Shown: piece by piece, positions 1 to 13,542 of the stretch
Position numbering within the stretch: position 1 is the first letter of the stretch
Layout of the letters: each line of letters begins with the position of its first letter
NCBI GenBank assembly: GCA_040954595.2
Contig: CM082597.2
Location: forward strand, 6,205,244-6,269,243
DNA from: Balanoglossus misakiensis
Lineage: Eukaryota > Animalia > Hemichordata
Direction: 5' to 3'
Length of the DNA: 64,000 nt
The notes under the pieces: model-generated
Told to the model about the DNA's origin: nothing
What the model saw: only the letters and a program-made list of their open reading frames with translations
The model's database searches: none
Translations under genes and position numbers: made by a program

Positions 1-134
1 CAAAAGTAAGCCCTGAAGCAAAATGTGAGGTTAAAATGGCCCCTGATATTTATTTTGATAGCACATTTCCCTGAGGAAGTACGACTTAAACTCTCTGACA
101 GCATCAATCAATCAAAACATGTACTGTTAATAAC

Positions 135-372
135 GTGTCTGTAAATGAACCAGGTCTTTTAGCTACATAATTGTCTGTTATAAGCAGAACCCAGTCTTTT
201 TGCTACATAATTAATTTTCTGTTATATGCAAATGACCCCAGTATTTTGGCTAAATAATTAATTGTCTATTATATGCAAATGAACCAATTCTTTATGCTGC
301 ATAATTGTCTGTTATATGCAAATGTACCCAGTCTTTTTGCTACAAATTGTCTGTTATATGCAAATGAACCCA
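135..372. repeat. Tandem repeat, ~4 copies of a ~60 bp unit (tgtctgttatatgcaaatgaacccagtctttttgctacataat)
   Basis: Unit recurs directly with small indels, inside a GRAMD1 intron. Confidence 0.8.
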
Positions 373-575
373 ACGTAATATTGTGATGTTATGAGCCCGC
401 GGTCGTACATGCTTCAGTGGTAGACTGTCCTTGTTGTAAGATATGAAATAAAGAGCTTCAAGTCAAACGTACGGCTTAGAGAGATATAACATGCAGACAG
501 AGGGAAACCTCTTCAGCTGGAGTGTATACATACAGGGACCATTGATCATGCACACACACTTGATATAATACTTAC

Positions 576-679
576 ACATGTCTCCCATCTGAAGATATTA
601 GCATAGAAGCAAACCCAGTTCTGAGTCAGATACAGCCGACCATGGACGAGGATATCCTTCTGTAGAGCGCACGAGTAAT
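576..679 (-). CDS. GRAMD1: GRAMD1/Aster exon (GRAM domain core); gene continues beyond the left edge
   Basis: Reads (D)YSCALQKDILVHGRLYLTQNWVCFYANIFRWETC, nearly the same as the vertebrate GRAMD1 GRAM motif DYSCALQRDILLQGRLYLSENWICFYSNIFRWET. Bounded by tag| and |gtaag; 104 nt; phase 1 matches the preceding exon. Confidence 0.95.
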
Positions 680-2943
680 CTACCAAACAGACGAACAAAC
701 AGTCACCGGTTAAACATCAGAAGGTTTCGTTAATCATCAAATGAACCCAGCGTGTCACATGACACACCAGTGCTCCCTGCGATACACAGGTAATGACCTT
801 TGACCTACTACTCAAACCGTATTTGCATAAGTGATTACACTTGACGGTGTTGACGCAGAGAGACACAGTTATATTGAAATTTGAATTAAAACTGCAATCA
901 ATTTATAATTGTCGTTTACACTTACTTGTATAAATAAACTGATGGTGGGGTGAAAATGCTACCGTGTGTATCTCAAGCAATTATTTGACTTTTCTCAAAT
1001 ACATGTCAAAATCTTTAACAGTGATAGCTTCACCTGTAGGCTGGTTTTAGTGTTCATAACAAACCTTCACCACAGTATATAGCACAGAGCAGTTCATATC
1101 ATTAACTGCAACAGGTAACAAGTCAGAAGAGTCGCCATGGTAACAGCTGGATGAACCACATGCTACTAGTTCCCATGGTGAAAATGAGAGTTAAACCAAA
1201 ATGTGAGTTTGGGGACAGATCTCCATACCATATGGCTGCAACGACTGTCTATGCTACGACCGACCGACGTGGTGAGTTGTTAGATGCATGGCTCTTGTGC
1301 GAATGTAACCAAAGTGACAGCTATATGAATTATACATCCCTACATGCTGAGTGACATCATTTACCCCTCCCCCCCTGACAAATTGCTAAGGGGTGAACCA
1401 CCGACCCCCACCCCCCGGCCCCATCTAGATGAAACACTGAACCTACACTTTCATTATTTCTTCTACTAAATTTCATAATATAGTATTTCCACAGTTTCAA
1501 ACAAGCCTTACATTATCTTGAGTTTATGTCATAACAACACAACCATCAGAAAATATTATAATACATGTTTCTTTTAAGATAGATGAGTTAATTTTGGGCA
1601 AATTAGAACAGCTTTCCGTGTTGTTTTAACACACACAATACTGGACCCCTGACAAACACAAGCCAACAGGTTATGCCGATAGTTTCCATAGCAACAAACA
1701 AACATGCACTCTGAGAAAATGTGTCCCTGGAGACAGCTATGAAATATGCATGGATGTTTGAGATGCTATTATGTGTCATCCAGATGGCATTTACAACTAC
1801 TTGTTCTGGGCGTTTACACAGGATGGCCCCTGACAATCGCTCTGAAATCAACCTTTATCTCTGTATTTGACAAGTTCATCTGCAGCTGCAAAATGGCCGT
1901 GTCGTACGGGGTCAAAGTTCAAGTAATTCTGCTTTGTAAAAATTTTGTAAAAAATGGGCCGGTATCTGTAACTTTTGAATATTTTTGAGTATTTTTTGCT
2001 TTGTGTATCAACTACAATTATTGTTTTTATATTAGCTCTCAAATATTTTCTAACTTGACATGCTAAAGCCCCAGTAACTCTAGCTTCTAAGGTTGTTTTT
2101 CAGTATTTTTCTCCCATGCATCAAGTCCACTTTCTTGTTCTTCTCAACAAATCCTGTATATGAGTAATAGCCACTGTCATTGTTGAGAAATGAATTCAAG
2201 TCCGGACTTAAATTCAATTTTCATCAACAACAAGGGCTGTGTTGAAATAAACAACTACTGAGCAATTCTTCATGTTTTAAAAATTAGAACAAGAAACCAC
2301 AGTTGATACCCAAAACAAAAATGCTGTAAAAATAGCCCAGAGATGGAGTTATTGGTACTTTAAATTATCATGTTGTGTAGAGCTGTTGGGACCAACAATG
2401 TAATAAATAAAACAGAAAAATTATAACATGATAACAATAATGTCACTTTAATTATTTGGTCGTTACAAATTCTGATCATGGTCATAGCATTTATTTTTCT
2501 GATGCACAAGCCTCATTATAGGGATCTTTTAATATTAAATGACTTTTTCATCAATTAATTTGTTGCTTTAGTCAGGCCGCTGGCCATTAATTCCATATTA
2601 AAGGAGAGAATATAAATTTCTATCTGACACAAGAAAATGTTAAATATTAAATGTAAACATCGCACTATTCAGAATATATATTACACTTTCCATTATTAAA
2701 GATGTTGTGAGGTAGAAAAGAAAATGTCATGTTGAACTGAATAACCAAGTTGTACTTAGTCGACAGAAGACATTGTTTTTAATATGTGGGGATTTCGTAA
2801 TCGATGTGTGCATACTGGAATAGATATGTACTCCTGTAATGGGTAGTTTAATTTAACAGGGGCGGCACATGTTTATTTAAATGTACAGCCACAATCAGAA
2901 GTTGATAATATGTTTGTATTTACCCAGCAGTTAACTCACATAA

Positions 2944-3290
2944 AGCCCCTATAGCTGCCAAATTTCACATATTTTTTCCACAGTAAAATACTTCAAATAT
3001 ATTCCCTATCCTCTAAAATCCTCACCATAAAGCCATATTACTTGCATTTGCATCAGTTTGTCATCTCTTGGTGACGCATACCACGATAGCTTCGTACTGT
3101 TTGTATGGAGGGTGATTAAATCGGTGTGGCACCATTTTAATACATAGCGTTTTCAAATCGTACAGCCACAATCTGGCATCGATAAGGTGTTCACGTATAC
3201 CTATCAGTGAGTAAGCTTATTTAGATGGCCGATTTTAATTTGGAAAATAAAACCATGAAAATATTGCAAAAAGTGGCAGCTATAGAGGCT
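2944..3290. mobile_element. Non-autonomous DNA transposon, TTAA-flanked, AG...CT termini (Kolobok-like family B)
   Basis: Termini agcccctatagctgcc ... ggcagctatagaggct|ttaa; second copy at 58837-59185. Confidence 0.7.
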
Positions 3291-3566
3291 TTAAACAGAC
3301 TATTCTAAGTTCAGAAGAAAAATAATGAAAAGTTTTCAATAATTGGCAGCTTTTGGGGCTTTAAGTTTAAAATGTATCGTTCAACAGCCATATGGCAAGC
3401 ATGGTGAATGGCCAGTATTAGAATGAACACGGAACAGCCCCAAGTGTCACACCAACCCCACAGGGCCTGTGGGCATGCGAACAATACTGCAGATATCGGC
3501 ATGCAACGTTTGATGTCCGTTCAAATATCATCTATAATAGAAACCCAACACTTTGAAAACACTTAC

Positions 3567-3654
3567 CTACAACAAGTCTTTCACTTTCCGGAACACTTTT
3601 CCCGAAAATTCTCCTGAAATCTTCGCATTTACTCTTGTAACTCGGTGTCCAAAC
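3567..3654 (-). CDS. GRAMD1: GRAMD1/Aster exon (start of GRAM domain)
   Basis: VWTPSYKSKCEDFRRIFGKSVPESERLVV(D), matching GRAMD1 VLSPTYKQRNEDFRKLFKQLPDTERLIVD; ttgcag| and |gtaagt; 88 nt, phase 0 to 1. Confidence 0.93.
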
Positions 3655-4610
3655 CTGCAAATGCGATACGTGTATGTTATCACTGCGTTAGATAACAGAC
3701 AGGACTTTGCAACTATACTAACATTGTTCTACTGGAACCCCTATGTCAATATGTACACTGACAGTAGGCTTGGGATGGTCTGTGGTACACACAATGCACT
3801 TGGGTACCAGGTATGGGGCAGTACAGCACTTGAACTTTGGTCTCCAAAGTGTTCAAGGAAGATGTGCGTTGTAACTATGAGACAAAGGGGTTCTAAATGC
3901 ACAGCACGCTTTATGATATAAGTACATTGACATGTACCTCATATTTCTTTCAAGCCTGGTATTGCATTCAACCTCTCAACATACATACTCTCATACATTC
4001 AAAGACAGATATGCATTTCACAATACAGTGCCATACACACCCCCACACACACCCCCACACACACTGACATACATGTACAGGCAGTATACCTCTCAAATAG
4101 TTCTCCTGTCTGACACAAACATAACTGTTTTGCAAGTGAAGACAGATAACAATCAATAAAGGATTAGGCGGCCATGATGTAATAGGGTTTACACAGACAA
4201 TGGATTTCACCTCTCTACAAGTGTCTTGTCATTGTTTGTCTCACGCAAACATTCTTTGTTGACGATTTCCCATTTATTTATTTACATCTTCATTCATACA
4301 TTCATTCATTCAGGTCTCCCAACTTTTGACATTTTTTTTCAGTATATTTTCTTGTATTCAAACACATTGATATGTCATGTTTGTGTTCAGGTAAACACGA
4401 CAACCATATTACAAACAATGCATACATGTATTATTCATTCATTCATTTCTATGTTGATTAGCCTTCTCTGGCCTGAACCACTAGACTTTATATTATGTAC
4501 TAAGTCAATTTGTTAACTTGAAGTTACTAAGAATAGAACTCTGGCCTGCAAGGGTTACTCAATCAATCAATCAATCAATCCCTAAATGATAACCGAAAAG
4601 AATCAATTAA

Positions 4611-4958
4611 AGGGACAAAGTCTCTCTCTCGCTGCCCTTTTTTCCATTAATTATATTTGATAAGAGACAGCGTTTGTTATTCTACATGTGGATATATAGT
4701 GAATGAACGTTCAACCACACACAACTTCCATCCCTCTTATAGACAGGAGAGTGAAAAAACTCGCCAAAATGAATGATCGTTCTTTACCATTTATTCATTT
4801 GGGGCGAGTTTTTCCTCTCATATCCTACAAACGAGATGGAAGTTGTGTGTGGTCGAATGTTGATTCACCATATATCCACATGTAGAATAACATAAACGGC
4901 GTCTTGTATCAAACATAATTAATGGAAAAAAAGGCAGCGAGAGAGAGACTTTGTCCCT
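4611..4958. mobile_element. MITE with long TIRs and TTAA TSD (Kolobok-like family A), copy 1
   Basis: ttaa|agggacaaagtctctctctcgctgcc ... ggcagcgagagagagactttgtccct|ttaa. RR..YY termini with TTAA TSD fit Kolobok. Five copies in the window. Confidence 0.85.
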
Positions 4959-5255
4959 TTAATCAATCAATCAACCATTCAATCAATCAATGATACATTC
5001 ATTTATCCATTCATATATTCATTCATTCTTTCTTTCTTTCTTTAATGCCTACATTGAGATAGCCTGGTCCCCATACCCAGAGTGTTTTAGATCTAAGACA
5101 CACTTGGTATGGAGACTGGGCTAACATTGAGAGGACACAGTTGGACTTGCCTAAAAACTTACACGAAGACAGACTTATATACTCGTCAGGGATATTTTGT
5201 CCCACACTCGCCTGGAGTGTGAGATTCTATTAGTCCGCTATACATCTGTTATTAA

Positions 5256-5603
5256 AGAGACAAAGTCTCTCTCTCGCTGCCCTTTTTTCCATTAATTATA
5301 TTTGATACAAGACACCATTTGTTATTCTACATGTGGATATATAGTGAATGAACGTTCAACCACACACAACTTCCATCCCTCTTATAGACAGGAGAGTGAA
5401 AAAACTCGCCAAAATGAATAATCGTTCTTTACCATTTATTCATTTTGGGCGAGTTTTTACTCTCATATCATACAAGCGGGATGGAAGTTGTGTGTGGTTG
5501 AACGTTGATTCACTATATATCCACATGTGCATTAACATAAATAGTGTCTTGTATCAAACATAATTAATGGAAAAAAGGGCAGCGAGAGAGAGACTTTGTC
5601 TCT
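5256..5603. mobile_element. Kolobok-like MITE family A, copy 2
   Basis: ttaa|agagacaaagtctc ... gagactttgtctct|ttaa; abuts a GRAMD1 splice donor. Confidence 0.85.
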
Positions 5604-5612
5604 TTAACTTAC

Positions 5613-5817
5613 GTTATACCAATTGGATCCCTTTTTGTTGGATGACTTTCCACTTTTACTACTTTCACTCTTCTGCACTGACATGTCCGGTGTTCTCTCT
5701 CCACTGGACGTTTTTTCTGTCGATCTCTCTAAAGATGTGATGTCATCTGATGACCTAGATAGTGAATCTTTGGCTGGATCTGGTGTCATTCTAGCACTGG
5801 GCTGGGCAGGTGTGCTG
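5613..5817 (-). CDS. GRAMD1: GRAMD1/Aster exon, Ser-rich pre-GRAM region ending KKGSNWYN
   Basis: STPAQPSARMTPDP...SKSGKSSNKKGSNWYN resembles GRAMD1B KNSKKSQSWYN. Acceptor tacag| (NAGNAG), donor |gtaagt; 205 nt, phase 2 to 0. Confidence 0.88.
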
Positions 5818-5863
5818 CTGTATAGAATGCAAATGAGTACAAGGTCACTCAATGTCACTGGAT

Positions 5864-6131
5864 CTGGTTTGATTTCCAGGGTGCCTAGAATCCAGGCTCC
5901 CAGGCCTGTTAGACTGCCATGTATGTGTTAATCAGTAGGGCCTATACAAGACCCTCAGACCAATACAGTGCAAACCAGTGCGATTTGGTACATTTTACAG
6001 GGGGCTCAGACTGCCAAGTGTGTCCAAGTACGTATGAGAGCCATGTCAAGACAGTCAAAATACGTTTCAGAAGAAAAATGGCACATACGTATTTTACGGG
6101 ACTTGACACTCTAAACTGGTATGACACCCAG
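5864..6131. repeat. Dispersed ~270 bp repeat (other copies ~7327-7595 and ~10046-10272)
   Basis: Shared block caggcctgttagactgcc...atgacacccag. This copy is followed by agggttaa, suggesting a TTAA-transposon end. Confidence 0.75.
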
Positions 6132-9100
6132 CTAGGGTTAATCCAACTTATTAACTGAACTGAACGTCTGTTATGATTTATTGCTTATTGCGTCTGACTC
6201 ATGACCATTTGAGGTTGACAAACAACAAACAAACATTTGACAGTCACATGTGGTTTGAGTGACCAAATCTACAATGGGGATCAACACACACACACCACTG
6301 CTGGTATACGGTAGGACAACACACCGTAATCCCAAAATCAGACATAAGTTCAAAATGCATCTACATGATTAAATGAATACACAGTCTCATGACCTTGATT
6401 GAACCAAACTTTGATCATTTCAAGGTAGAACCAGTAAACCACACCTATTTTCGATGTATACCAGTTAGTATAATTGTCAACAAACAGCAGTACATGTCCA
6501 ATAAAACAAAAACAAATGCATTACTGGTATGCAAATTCATATCACAGAATCTATCAAGTTGTTGACAAACATACATATATACAGATATGCGCTAGACATG
6601 TACATAGACAGAATGTACAAATGGTGGACTGCTTATTCACGCAACACTGAAATCACAGTTGATTAGCCCAGGCCACTTAATGTAAACTTCCACCATATTG
6701 AAACACCAAACCTAACTAATATCAGTCTACGGAAAATGTAAAATACGGAAATAAAACCTATCTCGGACTATTTAAACTGATTAGTCCAAAATGTTAAATG
6801 ACAGTTCGACGTCGCAAGGGGTGGGGAAATATTAAATGGGGTTACCTGCCCGGTCATCCACGTAACACCGTGTGTTGGCCATTTCAAGATTTCGCCGGTC
6901 AAAGTACAAGTCCTGAAGTGTGTGTTGTGTGTGTGGTTAATTTATAACCATCAAATCCAATGTGTACACCTCACAGTATTACTATTAGTACATGGAGTCA
7001 CAACCTGGTATGACGGAAAACGTCACACACCACCAGTCATACTTTTCATCATAAAAATATTCATATGCGCAAACCCCATCAAAATCCCAGGATTTTTCTA
7101 AAAAAATTTCAGATCAAAATGCCACTATTTTAAATTGAGAAGCAACTTACTGAACCTCAATTATTGAAAAATTAGCCAGGCAGAAATATCCCACTGGATC
7201 TGAACGTACCACACGCAAGGAAACAATGGATTTGGACTGGGCCAAAGTTGTGAAAGGGTGAAATTTCGAAATATACCAGGTGCAAGACAGAAATTTAACA
7301 CCATAACGCTGCCAAGTTGGATGAAACTGGTTTGATTTCCAGGGTGCCTAGAATCCTGGCTCCCAGGCCTGTTAGACTGCCAAGTGTGTGTTAATCAGTA
7401 GGGCCTATACAAGACCCTCAGACCAATACAGTGCAAACCAGTGCGATTTGGTTCATTTTCTGGGAGGTTCAGATTGCCAAGTGTGTCTAAGTACGTATGA
7501 GAGCCATGTCAAGACAGTCAAAATATGTTTAAGAAGAAAAAGTGGCAAATACGTATTTTAAGGGACTTGACACTCTAAACAGGTATGACACCCAGTAGCA
7601 TTTAGTGTTAACTTAGGACTCGTATGGAGAGAGCATAGAGTGTGACATTTATGCTGTCTTGAAAGTCATGATACACTTATAATGGTTGGCCTACATTTAG
7701 ACAAATACGACACGTCTGTTACTCAAATAACCAGTGATTGCATTCGTGGGTTTGACTGGTACAAAAATTTAGTAGTACAAGCTTACAGCCAACTTACCCT
7801 TGACTTTGTCATTTTGGGTCTGGCAACTTGCTAAGAGGGTATGCTTGCTTACCTTGGCCCGACGCCTAGTACGTGACCACTACCACTGCGAAGTGGTCCA
7901 GGATGACCCTGCCGGTCGCAATTGTCATTTTGACAACGCCATGATTCATTAAGTTTACAGAATGGTTTGTTGCCAGGACAACATTCCAATTAAATCTCAA
8001 TATATCTTTGTAGATTCACAATGCAGTATATGCTGGACAGTGGCCAAACCAGACCCCCCCAGACCCAGACAGTCAGTAACCTTGAAACCACTGACCTTAC
8101 CTATTGTACATGATTGTACTTTCCATTTGAAATGTTCCCATGCTGAGAAAGGGCTAATCCATTTGATATTGGGCCAATGGGGGGTGGGGGTGGACTAGAT
8201 GAAGTACCTTGTCTAAAACCTGTAAAACCTGACTTATTCTTCTACTTGAATTCAAATGTTGCACAATAACAATGCATAGAGACCCTGTACTCATGCCTTC
8301 AATAATAATTGGGCACAGTAAGTAAATTCTTTGTTTTGCGTCCACTCAAAATTCTGAAAGGAAGGCGGCCAAGTGGTTATAAAACACACACACGCAATTT
8401 AAAGGTAAGTGGTCATCGCGCCGCGTGGGTGTCCCCCTTTGATGAGAATATGTCCTCCCATACCAGCGCAAACCCCACTGCAGTCGCCACGACCTTCTAG
8501 CATCTTCAGTTGCTGTCGTGCCCAGTCTAAGCTACAGTTGGCTGCTTCGTTCATTCTAAGAATGATCTAATTTTAGGGATTTGTGGATGAATTGTAATTT
8601 TTATGGACAAACAAACGCGGGACGATGACAGCTTCCCTTTAACACAAAACAATTTGCCTCCATTGACAGTTTTCTCATGCCAAATGCATATATACTCCAT
8701 TTTATGTCACTGCATGGTCCAATGACTGTAATATGACTGCATGAAGAATATTACTGCAATATAAAGCCATAGTTTATTTTGGGGACACAATATCATGTTT
8801 TTGTTATTTTTTCTCAAAAACCTATGAGCACTGACGCAAAACAAAGAATTTACTTACTCTGGCCTAAGCTACCTACTTAAAATGGAATAAAACTAGCTGC
8901 TACCAGTATTACTGTTAACTACATTATAAATATTTGATATATTATTCATGTCATGTATTCAGTGATGTGAAATTTAGCAACAAAAATTTAACTGTCATAT
9001 TATCATGTTCTCAGGCATTTTATACAGTATATATTATTGTGGAATATAAGGTTCTTTTGGAGATTAATGTGATCATGTGACAATTTAATAACACTTGGAT

Positions 9101-10880
9101 TGATATTTGAATTTATAATTTGACTGTTTTCCCATTTTTCTCATTCAATCCTTCTTTTAATACTGCAATATAGAAGATACAGCAACATTTCAGAAATGAC
9201 TTGGTGATTCATCTAGAGGGGGGGGGGGATTCAATTGGGGGATTCACCCCCTGTTGACATGTTGGCACCCTCTCGCAATTTGTCAGGGGGCAGTACCCCT
9301 TAAAATGATATCATTCACATGTTGAAGATATTACAGTCCCCCTTACCAGAGTGGAATTATCCCCCCCCCCAAAAAAAAAAAAAAATCTGGCAAAGGGGGA
9401 CATATCCCCCCTCCCCCCCCCCCCCCTGTTGATGCCATCCTGGATGAAATTGTGAAGCCACAGACGAATGCAAATAGATGTCTCAAAATATCACTCTACA
9501 TGATAATCAACAATACATACACAGATGAATACTAAATAAATGTTTGTTAATTAATTTGGAATTCCAAGCACACTGTTTAATGAATATTTAAATATCAGGT
9601 TGCATGGCTGTGTCTGGTGGGCCGGTCTTCCATACATGCCATACCAATTAACTAGAGAATAGTATTCAGTTTTTACACATCAGCTGCATATATACAATTT
9701 ACAATCATGTAGATGAGGGCCAACTATAGGGTTCTCACTGGAGTGCTTTTAGCCCATGTCCATGTTTTATTTGGCACTTGCATTTAGCTTATCAACACAA
9801 CCTATGCGTATACAGTCAGCATTATAATGTGCAACGTTTGAATTCAAGTCCGGACTAGAATTCATTTGTCAACAATAACAATGGCCGTTACGAAAACACA
9901 GGCTGTGATGACAAGTGTAGTACTGGGTATATTAGTATGGTGCTTGGAAGTTGGAGTAGAATGTGAAATTGCATTTGGTACGCTGAACAAAAATACTGAA
10001 AATATAGCCTAAAGTTATCGCTAATATCTCTTCAAGGATGTGCACAGGCCTGTTAAGCTGCCAAGTGTGTGTTAATCAGTAGGGCCCATACAAGACCCTC
10101 CGCCAAACCAGTGCAAACCAGTACGATTTGGTACATTTTACAGGGGGCTCAGACTGCCAAGTGTGTCTAAGTACATATGAGAGCCATGCCAAGGTTAGGC
10201 ATTCAAAATAAGAAGAAAAATGCACATACGTATTTTAAGGGACTTGCCACTCCAAACAGGTATGACACCCAGTAGCATTAGGGTTTTAATAGTACCCCCC
10301 CCCCCCCTAGACTTCATCCAGGGACCCCACCAACTTTTACCATCTTTTCTAGAATACAATCATTCCACAGCGCACGCAACATACCAGTACAATTTGTATC
10401 TTTGGTCTGAGAGTACAGCTAGGTATTCACGCAAAGTGGAATTTCACATTTGGCTAGCTAGAGTTCACTTCATTTCATGTAAGCGAAACAACGTCACCGA
10501 CACACATGATCTGAGCAATGACATTGATATGGGTGTTTGTAAGTTGTATGCAAAAATGCCTGCTATCAATATCAGTTCATGACCTGATATTATTCTTAGT
10601 ATATACCGGGTAGTATTAAGCACAGAAAGAAGGTGGTAGAATTACCTGCCCATCGGCGCTATTACCATATACACTTTCCAAAGAGGGTTAGGAAAAACGA
10701 GATCATTTCAATATACCGGTAGATACATTGTATATATATAATAGAATGTACGGAGTGCTTTGTTTGATTACAACATTTATTTGCAACTGCGTACATTCTA
10801 TTATAAAGCTCTAGTTCGTCTATTCAGCACTCTTGCAGTTTGATGAAGACATCATCCTACCACCTAGTTGTGTGTGTTTA

Positions 10881-11095
10881 TACTGTAAAACACTTTATTT
10901 TCACGAGCAATTAATTTTCGCGAAATACGCGAGAGCCAAAACAGCATGAAAATAAAAAGTCGCGTAAATTTTTTTTTTTGAAGATAATGATGCAGTGAAT
11001 GAAATAAGAGAACGTGAAAATTAATACTCGCTAAACAGTGGCCTTTCTTGATATCGCGAAAATTTTAACTCGCGAAAATAAAGTGTTTTACAGTA
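10881..11095. mobile_element. TA-flanked MITE, TIR tactgtaaaacactttattttc (Tc1/mariner-type TSD), copy 1
   Basis: Perfect terminal inverted repeats; other copies at ~18015-18205 (truncated) and 55038-55249. Confidence 0.8.
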
Positions 11096-12906
11096 TATTC
11101 TTCATCAATCATATTAACTTTTTTTCATAATAAAATTTTGTCTTATTTTTTATGCTAAATAGAGAAGGTATGCTAATTAGGTCTGATATGACCAACCTTG
11201 TAAGAGCTTGTGTTAATGCTGGTATACACTTGACAGTGCACAACATAAACCCAATACAGGTTCTATATTCCTAAACCACAGAGGTTAGCAAGTCCACTAG
11301 TCATAACTTTACTTGCTAGAATTATTTGTTCATTGAACACAGATTATTTTATTGGAATCAGTTTCACAATCTGAGACATATCAAATTGCAAGACTCTGAG
11401 AAAAAAATTTGGTGACTGACAGGTTTGTAGTGGCATTTTGGGAATAAAGGATGATGGGGTAGGGGATCGAAAAAGGCCACCTTGCCTCTGCAATGCTAAG
11501 TACAAAACTGTATTTTTGCAGTGTTCTCCCCAGGGTTTTGGGACAATCCAATTTGCATAACAATACAATCCATTGTTATGTTAATTAAGTTCTATTGTCT
11601 TCGCGAAATTAAAGAGTGGGGGCCACCGTGCTTGAATTGCTCCGGGGAGAACACTGTTTGGTGTACATGTAATTGTATATACGGAGAGTTGATACTCACT
11701 ACTGGCTGTACTTTTACTTCCGTCTTTCAACCGACAACAGACTACTGTTAGTTGAATGAGCCGATTGCATAGACGCGGACACATACCGCACAGCACTAGT
11801 TACAACGGAACTATCACAGGACACGACAGATTCCCAGACTCCCTGCCCGGGCAGATGGCCAGCACTGGCGAGACGTGGACCCGTGTAACCATGACACCAC
11901 ACCCAATGGAGGTCTAGGTGAACCACATTACTTTCAAGTCTCTCACTCGCGTCAATAGAAAAACCACCCAGAAGTTAGGGAGTCTGTTCTGCCTCAAGGG
12001 TTGTCCTAGTACCACCTAAGTACATGTGATATTTCCAGCACTGACGACTTTCAATTTACATTTATGTACAATTACTATCATTCTGATATTTTGGGGGGGG
12101 GGGGGGGGGGGAGTATGGCATTTAACTAATGAGAAAAAAAATACTGGTTTACATGAAAATTTTATGTATTCGCAATTTAATGAGAGAGATTATCATTTCC
12201 TGTATTCATCAATCGAACAGAACCTAGCATTATCTTTAATTCATCAACGTCACAGTAAACCTCTTCCTATCGCTGCATTCACCAGAATTTCTATGAATAA
12301 AAAATTAGATGATATGATTATCTTTCTGAATTTAAACTGAAATATAAGACACCTGTAAAACATTTAGAATCTGGAACAATCACTAGTTGGAGGATTATTG
12401 TCAGGAAATCAGGCGATTTGGTATCCTATGAAAAAATCAAATTTCAATCTGAACGTAGTGATTTTTCCTGATTTGTTTTGAGCAAAATGCCCTATCTCTT
12501 CAAAAATTGAAAGCAAAATTTTGCATCCGGGAGACAATAAAGAAGGATATTCATGTCTTCCAGGAAAGTTTGGCAAGAATGGTGTGAGCTTTAAAGGGAC
12601 ATTAGCTGCATCTTTTGGCTTTATTTCCAGTATTTTTGTTCTGTGTACCAAATAAAGTTTCTTGTTCTACTCCAAACAGCATGCTAATATACCCAGTAAT
12701 TTTGCACAAAAACCGACTATATGCATCTATGTAGGTTGTGTTAAAGGTATACAGTCATCTCCAATTTACATACGCCCATATATGACTGAAATGGCGTATT
12801 TCAGCGTTCTAAAGAACATAAGGTGGCGCTCTTTTTTTCATGTGTGCCACCCACTGAAAATCATTAGTGTGGCCTTTGTAGATTTTTCTTTTTTAACAGA
12901 CATTAA

Positions 12907-12990
12907 CCCTTTCACCACCATGGTTTGGTCCAAACCCATTGTTTACTATAATGGTTGGACCTCTATAGTGGGAACACGGGGGTGAAAGGG
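12907..12990. mobile_element. ~85 bp piggyBac-like MITE (ttaa|ccctttcacc...ggtgaaaggg|ttaa)
   Basis: CCC..GGG termini with TTAA TSD; other copies at 14949-15033, 16757-16841, 17801-17885 and a degenerate one at ~21810-21885. Confidence 0.8.
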
Positions 12991-13192
12991 TTAAAGCCAC
13001 ATAAACTTCCCCATCCATTGACAGAACCAAAAGTTAGTCTAACCTACGAGGTCAATGTCTCTACAAAGGCTGAGGTATTTTATGGCTGTTGCATTGTTCT
13101 ATGTTTGTTAGCGCTTTCGCTTTCTGTGATGTTTTTCTGTACAAGGGTCAAATTCTGGTCTGGCGGTGAAAGTGACTAACATCTATTGTTAA

Positions 13193-13542
13193 AGGGACAA
13201 AGTCTCTCTCTCGCTGCCCTTTTTTCCATTAATTATGTTTGATGTACAAGACACTGTTTGTTATTCTACATGTGGATATATAGTGAATGAACGTTCAACC
13301 ACACACAACTTCCATCCCTCTTATAGACAGGAGAGTGAAAAAACTGGGCCAAAATGAATAATCGTTCTTTACCATTTATTCATTTGGGGCGAGTTTTTAC
13401 TCTCATATCATACAAGTGGGATGGAAGTTTTGTGTGGTTGAACGTTCATTCACTATATATCCACATTTACATTAACATAACCAGTGTCTTGTATCAAACA
13501 TGATTAATGAAAAAGGGGCAGCTGGAGAGAGACTTTGTCCCT
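13193..13542. mobile_element. Kolobok-like MITE family A, copy 3
   Basis: Same TIRs and TTAA flanks as 4611-4958. Confidence 0.85.

Noticed and set aside
4703-5563. Near-identical ORFs MNVQPHTTSIPLIDRR at 4703 and 5348
   Set aside because: Chance frames inside MITE copies; disrupted in other copies.
7797-7990. Possible alternative GRAMD1 exon (donor-like sites at ~7797 and ~7852)
   Set aside because: The phase-2 frame has no clear start or acceptor. Similar unresolved candidates at ~11700 and ~16850 were also not called.
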